NCBI GenBank assembly: GCA_043803405.1
Contig: JAZDKB010000048.1
Coordinates: forward strand, 26,635 to 90,634
Length of the DNA: 64,000 nucleotides
Reading direction: 5' to 3'
Origin: Spirochaetota bacterium
GTDB taxonomy: Bacteria; Spirochaetota; UBA4802; JAFGDQ01
The position numbers and the translations under genes are program-made. Shown here one piece after another: positions 56,249-64,000 of this stretch. The first letter of the stretch is position 1. The number at the start of each line of letters is the position of its first letter. The notes beneath the pieces are model-generated. The model ran no database searches, was not told where the DNA came from, and saw nothing but the letters and a program-made list of their open reading frames with translations.

Positions 56249-59200
56249 ATGCAAAAGAAGAAAACGAAAGTAGTGAGATTCGGGAAGATAATTCCCAGAA
56301 TTGAACTGCCTAATCTTATTGAGGTTCAGCTCCAATCCTATGATTGGTTTCTTCAGGCAAATATCCCGCCTCAAAAAAGGAAAATGCAGGGACTCCAATC
56401 GGTATTTTGTGAAGTTTTCCCGATTGAAAGTCCGCACGAAGATGTAATTCTTGAATTTGTAGATTATGAAATCGGAAATCCGAAATATTCCGAGATCGAA
56501 TGCAAAGAAAGGGATGCTACATTTGCTGCGCCTTTAAAAGCTGCAATCAGGCTGATTAAAAAAGACAGCATGGAAGTCAGGGAGCAGACTGTATATATGG
56601 GAGATATTCCTCTTATGACAGAGAGGGGTACTTTTATTATTAATGGCACTGAAAGAGTTGTAGTAAATCAGCTTCATAGATCACCCGGGATATTCTTCTT
56701 CTATGAGGAGAAAGAAAGATTATATAATGTCAGGGTCATACCGGATAGAGGTTCATGGCTTGAATTCGAGATGGATACGAAGGGATTGATTGTCGCTCGT
56801 ATCGACCGAAAGAAGAAATTTCCCGTAACCCTGCTTGTGAAGGCAATTGGCTATAATACCAATGAAGAGATTGTAAGGCTGTTTTACGATACCGAAAAAG
56901 TTAAATTCAAGGATGAGGATTCTTTTAAAGATATAATCGGACGCAGACCGGTTAAGGATATTGTAGGCACCTCAGACGGAGAAGTCATTTTAGAAGTCGG
57001 TGAACGTATTACGATCGATATTATCGATAGATTAAAAGAAGAAAAGATAAAAGAAATTGAGCTTATCAAATTTCCAGCAAATAAAGACAATACTTATATG
57101 CTGACCTCTCTGGAAAAAGACGGTTGCGGGAACTCGGATGAAGCGGTTATTAAACTGCACTCGCTTATGAGGCAGGGTGAACCTTCTAATATTGAAAATG
57201 CTAAAGTTGAACTTAACAGATTGTTCTTTAACGAACGCACATATAACCTGGGTTCGGTTGGAAGATATAAAATAAATAAAAAGTTCGGATTTGATAATCA
57301 GGAAGTAAAGGATACGGTTCTCAGAAATGAGGACATCATACAATCAATTAGGTACATGATAAATTTAATAGCTGAGGCTGAAGGATACTTCCTTGACGAT
57401 ATTGATCATCTCGGCAACAGGCGTATACGTTCTGTGGGTGAGCTGATAATGAATCAGATAAAAATCGGCTTTCAGAGAACTGAAAGAGTCATTAAGGAAA
57501 GAATGACTATTCAGGATCTTGATGTAGCTACTCCTCAGGCTTTAATCAGCATTAAACCAATTACTGCTGTTATAAATGAATTTTTTGGGTCCAGCCAGCT
57601 TTCACAGTTTATGGATCAGACTAATCCTCTTGCCGAATTGACGCATAAGAGAAGATTAAACGCACTTGGTCCCGGCGGCCTTTCAAGAGAGCGCGCCGGT
57701 TTTGAAGTGCGTGACGTGCATCCGTCACATTACGGCAGAATGTGCCCTATTGAAACGCCGGAAGGTCCGAACATCGGACTTATTGTTTCCATGAGTGCCT
57801 ATGCGCGTATTAATGAATACGGATTTTTAGAAACTCCTTATATACGTATTGAGCACGGTAAAATTACCGATAAAATCGAATTTTTAACTGCCGACGAAGA
57901 AGATAAACATTTTATTGCGCAGGCAAATGCAGCACTTGATGAACACGGAAAGCTGACGGGCGGTGTAGGCGGTCTTGTTTCATGCAGAAACAGAGGCAAC
58001 TTCCCATATAAGAAAGCACAGGAAATCGGATATATGGACGTCGCACCATCTCAAATTTTTTCAATTTCGACCAGCCTTATCCCGTTTCTGGAACACGACG
58101 ACGCGAACAGGGCTCTTATGGGATCCAATATGCAGCGTCAGGCAGTTCCGCTGCTTGTTGAAGAGGCTCCACTGGTAGGTACAGGTATTGAAGTCGCTGC
58201 TGCTTATGATTCCGGCGTATTGGTCATTGCAAAAAGAGGCGGCGAAGTAGTGTATGTTGACGCGAAAAAAATAGAGATTAAAACAAGTGAAAACGAAATT
58301 GATAAATATGAATTATTAAAATTTAAAAGAACAAATCAGGGTACATGCTTTAATCAAAGACCTGTTGTCATTGAAGGCCAAAAGATTAAGAAAGGGGAAA
58401 TAATTGCCGATGGGCCGGCTGTAGATAACGGACGCCTTGCTATGGGAAGGAATATTCTGGTAGCTTTTATGCCATGGATGGGTTATAATTATGAGGATGC
58501 TATTGTTATTTCCGAGAAGTTAGTTAAGGAAGATATTTATACTTCAGTCCATATAGAGCAATTTGAAATAGAAGCAAGGGAAACCAAACTTGGAAGGGAA
58601 GTAATTACAAAGGATATTCCGAATTTAAGTGAAAAAGCATTCAGGGATCTGGATACGGACGGCATTGTCAGAATGGGTGCGTATGTTATGCCGGATGATA
58701 TCCTTGTCGGTAAAGTAACGCCGAAAGGCGAGGAAGACCTTACTCCAGAATATAAACTGCTTCATTCAATATTCGGCGAAAAAGCCAGGGAAGTTAGAGA
58801 TACATCGCTGCGTGTTCCTAACGGAATTGAAGGCATTGTAATAGATGTTAAAAGGTTTTCAAGGGAAGATGGAGATGAACTTGCTCCTGGTGTTGAAGAA
58901 CTGGTGAAAGTATATATTTCATCAAAGAGAAAGATTTCAGTAGGCGATAAAATGGCGGGTCGCCATGGTAATAAAGGCGTAATTTCAATAATTGTGCCGG
59001 AAAACGATATGCCGTATCTTCCGGATGGAACTCCGATAGAGATAGTATTAAATCCGCTGTCTGTTCCTTCACGAATGAATCTGGGACAGCTTCTTGAGGC
59101 TGAGCTCGGATGGGCGGCAAAAAAACTGGATATTATTGTTGAGACACCTATTTTCGACGGTGCAACTGAACAGGATATTAAAGATTATATGGAGAAAGCA

Positions 59201-59710
59201 GGTATACCAGAGAGTTCGAAGACTCCATTGTTTGATGGGAGATCGGGCGTTCAGTTTGAAGAAAATGTCATGGTTGGTTATTGCTACATGCTTAAACTTG
59301 CCCACATGGTCGATGACAAGATCCATGCCAGATCAACAGGCCCTTACTCACTTGTTACACAGCAGCCTCTTGGCGGCAAGGCACAGTTTGGCGGTCAAAG
59401 GCTTGGAGAGATGGAGGTCTGGGCGCTTGAAGCATACGGTGCGGCTTACACTTTGCAGGAACTGTTAACTGTTAAATCGGATGATATGCTCGGAAGGGCA
59501 AGGGTTTATGAAGCTATCGTTAAAGGTATGCATACCACAACGCCAGGAATACCGGAATCCTTTAATGTTCTTATTCAGGAACTGCGGGGACTTGCATTGG
59601 ATGTCAGGATTTACGGAGCAGATAAGAAAGAGATAAGCTTATCCGAGTGGAGCGAGGGTTTCGACAGATCAAAGAGGAAAATCAAACTGGATACTATTAA
59701 AAATATTTAA
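56249..59710 (+). CDS. rpoB: RNA polymerase beta subunit
   Basis: [33 protein letters not shown] and GGQRLGEME. Confidence 0.99.
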   Translation: MQKKKTKVVRFGKIIPRIELPNLIEVQLQSYDWFLQANIPPQKRKMQGLQSVFCEVFPIESPHEDVILEFVDYEIGNPKYSEIECKERDATFAAPLKAAIRLIKKDSMEVREQTVYMGDIPLMTERGTFIINGTERVVVNQLHRSPGIFFFYEEKERLYNVRVIPDRGSWLEFEMDTKGLIVARIDRKKKFPVTLLVKAIGYNTNEEIVRLFYDTEKVKFKDEDSFKDIIGRRPVKDIVGTSDGEVILEVGERITIDIIDRLKEEKIKEIELIKFPANKDNTYMLTSLEKDGCGNSDEAVIKLHSLMRQGEPSNIENAKVELNRLFFNERTYNLGSVGRYKINKKFGFDNQEVKDTVLRNEDIIQSIRYMINLIAEAEGYFLDDIDHLGNRRIRSVGELIMNQIKIGFQRTERVIKERMTIQDLDVATPQALISIKPITAVINEFFGSSQLSQFMDQTNPLAELTHKRRLNALGPGGLSRERAGFEVRDVHPSHYGRMCPIETPEGPNIGLIVSMSAYARINEYGFLETPYIRIEHGKITDKIEFLTADEEDKHFIAQANAALDEHGKLTGGVGGLVSCRNRGNFPYKKAQEIGYMDVAPSQIFSISTSLIPFLEHDDANRALMGSNMQRQAVPLLVEEAPLVGTGIEVAAAYDSGVLVIAKRGGEVVYVDAKKIEIKTSENEIDKYELLKFKRTNQGTCFNQRPVVIEGQKIKKGEIIADGPAVDNGRLAMGRNILVAFMPWMGYNYEDAIVISEKLVKEDIYTSVHIEQFEIEARETKLGREVITKDIPNLSEKAFRDLDTDGIVRMGAYVMPDDILVGKVTPKGEEDLTPEYKLLHSIFGEKAREVRDTSLRVPNGIEGIVIDVKRFSREDGDELAPGVEELVKVYISSKRKISVGDKMAGRHGNKGVISIIVPENDMPYLPDGTPIEIVLNPLSVPSRMNLGQLLEAELGWAAKKLDIIVETPIFDGATEQDIKDYMEKAGIPESSKTPLFDGRSGVQFEENVMVGYCYMLKLAHMVDDKIHARSTGPYSLVTQQPLGGKAQFGGQRLGEMEVWALEAYGAAYTLQELLTVKSDDMLGRARVYEAIVKGMHTTTPGIPESFNVLIQELRGLALDVRIYGADKKEISLSEWSEGFDRSKRKIKLDTIKNI

Positions 59711-59794
59711 ATTACAAACGAGCTATTTTTCTATAGGTAGGATGCTTATACATTCCTATAGAATAATTATAAATTATTTATACAAGGAATTAAA

Positions 59795-62700
59795 ATGAGG
59801 GATTTTAACGATTTTGATTCAATACAAATCAAACTTGCTTCACCTGACCAGATAAGGGAGTGGTCGTTCGGCGAAGTAAAAAAACCCGAAACGATAAACT
59901 ACAGGACGCTGAAGCCGGAGAGAGACGGACTGTTCTGCGAAAAAATATTTGGTACAACAAAAGAATGGGAATGCTATTGCGGCAAGTTCAAATCCATCAG
60001 GTATAAGGGTGTTGTTTGCGATAGATGCGGTGTAGAAGTCACTCATTATAAAGTCAGAAGAGAACGCGGCGGGCATATAGAACTGGCCTTCCCAGTGGCA
60101 CATATCTGGTATTACCGTTCCGTTCCATCGAGGATGGGACTTCTGCTTAACATGAGCGTAAATGAATTAAAATCGATATTATATTATGAAAAATATGTAG
60201 TCATTGAACCTGGCAATACAGATTTAAAACAGGGTGAATTAATTGATGAGGATGCATATAACTATTATTATGAAAATGAAGGCGATACATTTGTTGCAGA
60301 TTTAGGCGCAACAGCGATTAAAGAGATGCTCGCTAAAATTGATCTCGATGAAGAAGCCAGAGCACTAAGATCGGAAATACTTGATAAGGAATCAAAAGTC
60401 GATAAAAAACAGATCAAACGTCTTGAAATTATTGAAGCATTAAGGGATTCGGGCAACAGGCCGGAATGGATGATTCTTGATACGATTCCGGTAATTCCAC
60501 CTGAATTAAGACCGATGGTACAGCTTGACGGCAGACGTTTCGCGACATCTGATTTGAATGACTTGTATAGACGTGTAATAAACAGAAATAACCGTTTAAA
60601 AAGACTGATGGCGCTTAGAGCTCCGGATATAATTGTGCGAAGTGAAAAGAGAATGCTTCAGGAGTCAGTAGACGCGCTGTTCGACAATAGCAGAAGGAAG
60701 AAAGCCGTAAAGGGCAAAGGCAACAGGCCTCTGAAATCATTGAGCGATATGCTTAAAGGCAAGCAGGGTCGTTTTAGACAGAATCTTCTCGGTAAAAGAG
60801 TCGATTATTCCGGCAGGTCCGTTATTGTTATCGGGCCTGAATTAAAATTACATCAGTGCGGCCTTCCTAAAAAGATGGCTCTTGAACTCTTTAAGCCGTT
60901 TATCATGAAAAAGCTTGTTGACCGCGATTATGTTCAGAATATTAAGTCTGCAAAAAAAATGGTGGAAAATGAAAGACCGGAAGTATGGGAAGTCCTGGAG
61001 TCAGTTATTACAGGGCATCCGGTTCTATTAAACAGAGCGCCTACGCTTCACAGGCTAGGGATACAGGCATTTGAACCGGTACTCGTTGAGGGTAAAGCTA
61101 TTAGACTTCATCCTCTTGTCTGCCATGCTTATAACGCAGATTTCGACGGCGACCAGATGGCTGTGCATGTGCCGCTTTCTCCAAAAGCTCAGCTGGAATG
61201 CTGGGTTTTAATGCTATCGTCAAATAATCTTCTTTCGCCTGCAAACGGCCAGCCTATTACAACGCCAACGCAGGATATAGTACTGGGTATTTGCTATTTG
61301 ACATCCGAGTTCCCCGATGATGGATCTCCCATGAAATATTATGACAATGATGCCGACATTTTAAAGTCAATTGATTATGGGCAGATTAAAGTCAGAACAA
61401 AGATTAAATATTTAGTAAACAATGAATTCGTTGAAACAACAGCAGGCCGTTTAATATTTAATAAAGTGCTTCCTGAAGGTTTCCCGTTTGTCAATAAAAC
61501 AATTACTGATAAAGATTTATCAAAACTGATATCCGATATATTCAGGAAATTCGGGCACATGGTTACGGTTAAAACCCTGGATCTGATAAAAGAAGTCGGT
61601 TATAAATACGCGACTTATTTTGCTCCAACTATCTCAATGTCGGATATTACTATTCCGGCAGATAAATACCGCATTATTGCAGAAGCGGATAAAAAAGTCG
61701 AACAGATTGAGAATGAATACAGAAGCGGATTTATAACGGATGAAGAAAGATATAACAGGGTTGTTAATGTATGGACAAACACGAATGAAGAAGTCTCTGA
61801 AATAACATTCAAAGGCTTATCATTGGAAAGGGATGGATTTAATTCTATAAATATGATGGCCTTCTCCGGAGCCAGAGGAAGCAAACAGCAGATAAGACAG
61901 CTGGCCGGAATGCGAGGTCTGATGGCTAAGCCCAGCGGCGAGATTATTGACGTGCCTATACGTTCCAATTTTAAAGAAGGCCTTAATGTGCTGGAATATT
62001 TTATTTCTACAAACGGAGCCAGAAAAGGTCTTGCCGATACTGCTTTAAAAACTGCCGATGCCGGCTATTTAACCAGAAGACTTGTGGACATAGCACAGGA
62101 TGTTGTTATTACAACTGTAGACTGCGGAACTACCATAGGTATTGATATTCAGCCTATTAAAGAAGGTGATGAAATAATCGAATCACTTGGAGAGAGAGTG
62201 CTAGGCAGGACATTACTTTATGATTTGATTCATCCGGTTTCCGGTAAAGTGCTTTATAAAGCTGATGATATAATTGATGAAGAAGCTGCGGATTTGATAG
62301 ATGAACTAAACATAGATTCAATCGAAATCAGATCGGTTTTAACATGTGAAGCGATTCATGGCGTTTGCGCCAAATGTTACGGCAGAAATCTTGCAAACGC
62401 TAAAGCTGTCGACATCGGCGAGGCTGTAGGAATCATAGCGGCACAATCCATCGGACAACCAGGCACCCAGCTTACAATGAGAACATTTCATATAGGCGGA
62501 ATTGCATCGAGTTCGGTTGAAGAAAATGAGGTTAAATTATCGTATCCCATTTTTTTAAAGGAATTGACATCGAGAACAGTCAAGACCGATGAGAAAAAAA
62601 CAATTACAGTCAGAAGAGGTTATTTAATTGTACAGAGAATTATCAGTGAATATAATATCAAGAATGAATCAAAGATAATAGTTAACGACGGCGATAAAAT

Positions 62701-63988
62701 CTATGCAGGTACACCGATCGTCAAGGAAACAAAAGAAGAAAAAATCGAAGTAAAAAATTCAGGTATTGTAAAGATAGATAAAAAGAAAATCTATATTTTA
62801 GGTGATCCACACTCCATTCCTGTCAATGTCGGAACAGAAATTAATGTTAAGCCTGGCAAAATGTACGACAGGAATGTGGTGCTTGCGTCATTTGACCCAT
62901 GGCTGGAGCCGATCATTACAGAAGTATCGGGGAAAGTAAATTTTATTGATATTGAACTCCATAAAACTTTAAGAGAAGAACTTGACTCACAGACCTCATT
63001 TACGAATAGAATTATTGTTGAGTATAAGGCTGAAAAATTACAACCGAGAATTGAAGTCCAGAGTACTTCTTCCGAGGAACCTATTACATATTTGCTTCCT
63101 GGCGGAGCACATTTAATTGTAAGCAGTGATGATAACGTTAAAGCGGGGACCGTTCTTGCCAAGATCCCAAGAGCAGCAGGCAAGACTAAAGATATTACAG
63201 GCGGTCTTCCAAGGGTTGCTGAACTTTTTGAAGCCAGATCCCCAAAGGATGCTGCAACGCTTTCGGAACTGGACGGCGAGGCAGTTATCGGCGATACGGT
63301 AAAGAATAAAAGGAAGATTATCATCAAAGGCGAAAACGGAGTTCAAAAGGAATATTCAATACCGGCATCTAAATTCCTTAGAATTCAGGATGGAGACTGG
63401 ATTAACAGAGGAGAAAAAATAGATGACGGCCCTGTAGATCCTCATGATATTTTAAAGATAAAAGGACCAAGAGATCTGCAGAAATTCCTTGTAAATGAAA
63501 TTCAGGAAGTTTATCGTCTTCAGGGAGTTGGAATTAATGATAAACATATCGAGGTAATTGTGCGTCAAATGCTCAGAAAAGTTAAAATGACGGATCCGGG
63601 AGACACGAGCTATATTATTGAGCAGATTATTGATAAATTTGATTTTATAAAAGAAAATGAAAGAGTAATAGCTGAAGGCGGAAAACCGGCTACTGCAATT
63701 CCTATCTTAATGGGAATAACAAAATCCGCTCTCAATACAGAATCATTTATTTCTGCGGCATCATTCCAGGAGACTACAAAGGTATTGACTGATGCGGCTA
63801 TTAAAGGGAAAGTGGATAACCTTCGTGGGCTTAAAGAAAATGTAATAATAGGGCATCTCATTCCTGCCGGTACAGGTGTAAGGGATTATGATGATGTGGA
63901 TGTCTATCAGCAGACTCCGGGAGATCTGGAAGGAAACTATGAGGAGGCAGAAGCAACTACTCAGGTGGAAAGTGAAACTGCCATATAA
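59795..63988 (+). CDS. rpoC: RNA polymerase beta' subunit
   Basis: Zn finger CYCGK...CDRC, catalytic [19 protein letters not shown] and SAASFQET. Confidence 0.99.
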   Translation: MRDFNDFDSIQIKLASPDQIREWSFGEVKKPETINYRTLKPERDGLFCEKIFGTTKEWECYCGKFKSIRYKGVVCDRCGVEVTHYKVRRERGGHIELAFPVAHIWYYRSVPSRMGLLLNMSVNELKSILYYEKYVVIEPGNTDLKQGELIDEDAYNYYYENEGDTFVADLGATAIKEMLAKIDLDEEARALRSEILDKESKVDKKQIKRLEIIEALRDSGNRPEWMILDTIPVIPPELRPMVQLDGRRFATSDLNDLYRRVINRNNRLKRLMALRAPDIIVRSEKRMLQESVDALFDNSRRKKAVKGKGNRPLKSLSDMLKGKQGRFRQNLLGKRVDYSGRSVIVIGPELKLHQCGLPKKMALELFKPFIMKKLVDRDYVQNIKSAKKMVENERPEVWEVLESVITGHPVLLNRAPTLHRLGIQAFEPVLVEGKAIRLHPLVCHAYNADFDGDQMAVHVPLSPKAQLECWVLMLSSNNLLSPANGQPITTPTQDIVLGICYLTSEFPDDGSPMKYYDNDADILKSIDYGQIKVRTKIKYLVNNEFVETTAGRLIFNKVLPEGFPFVNKTITDKDLSKLISDIFRKFGHMVTVKTLDLIKEVGYKYATYFAPTISMSDITIPADKYRIIAEADKKVEQIENEYRSGFITDEERYNRVVNVWTNTNEEVSEITFKGLSLERDGFNSINMMAFSGARGSKQQIRQLAGMRGLMAKPSGEIIDVPIRSNFKEGLNVLEYFISTNGARKGLADTALKTADAGYLTRRLVDIAQDVVITTVDCGTTIGIDIQPIKEGDEIIESLGERVLGRTLLYDLIHPVSGKVLYKADDIIDEEAADLIDELNIDSIEIRSVLTCEAIHGVCAKCYGRNLANAKAVDIGEAVGIIAAQSIGQPGTQLTMRTFHIGGIASSSVEENEVKLSYPIFLKELTSRTVKTDEKKTITVRRGYLIVQRIISEYNIKNESKIIVNDGDKIYAGTPIVKETKEEKIEVKNSGIVKIDKKKIYILGDPHSIPVNVGTEINVKPGKMYDRNVVLASFDPWLEPIITEVSGKVNFIDIELHKTLREELDSQTSFTNRIIVEYKAEKLQPRIEVQSTSSEEPITYLLPGGAHLIVSSDDNVKAGTVLAKIPRAAGKTKDITGGLPRVAELFEARSPKDAATLSELDGEAVIGDTVKNKRKIIIKGENGVQKEYSIPASKFLRIQDGDWINRGEKIDDGPVDPHDILKIKGPRDLQKFLVNEIQEVYRLQGVGINDKHIEVIVRQMLRKVKMTDPGDTSYIIEQIIDKFDFIKENERVIAEGGKPATAIPILMGITKSALNTESFISAASFQETTKVLTDAAIKGKVDNLRGLKENVIIGHLIPAGTGVRDYDDVDVYQQTPGDLEGNYEEAEATTQVESETAI

Positions 63989-64000
63989 ACATATTTAATT

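Overview
Chromosomal window from an anaerobic spirochaete, probably related to the Leptospirae. The assignment is inferred from a P83/100-family protein, a DUF1577-like split-PilZ protein, a LipL45-like FecR protein, an EF-G with the DSGKTT signature and the RpoB Ser-to-Asn rifampicin-pocket signature. The left part (1-35 kb) is mostly housekeeping and anaerobic metabolism: aat, a two-gene SufC/SufB-like Fe-S system, a porCDAB operon that runs into NuoE/F/G-like (BfuCBA-like) genes, lysA, fusA plus a P-loop partner, mutS2 plus a stand-alone Smr protein, proC, yggS, rsmA, glnA and a RelE/ParE toxin-antitoxin pair. A low-GC orphan gene sits behind an attC-like hairpin at 30.3 kb. The middle part (35.4-49.9 kb) is an accessory cell-surface island: lipoproteins, two repetitive 7-bladed propellers, outer-membrane barrels, hicAB, a FecR/FN3-barrel/TolB-like operon and a membrane-anchored PAS-LuxR regulator. 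The right part (52.4-64 kb) is the core tRNA-Thr, rpmG, secE, nusG, rplKAJL, rpoBC cluster. The best candidate for an undescribed system is the island's regulatory circuit: two promoters 8.7 kb apart share an identical architecture (7-2-7 palindrome, second box 43 bp later touching the -35, same -35/-10), and the adjacent FecR and outer-membrane proteins share an Sm-like motif. Two small ORFs below the ORF-track cut-off were also found, plus rpmG. All calls come from reading motifs by eye; no database searches were run.
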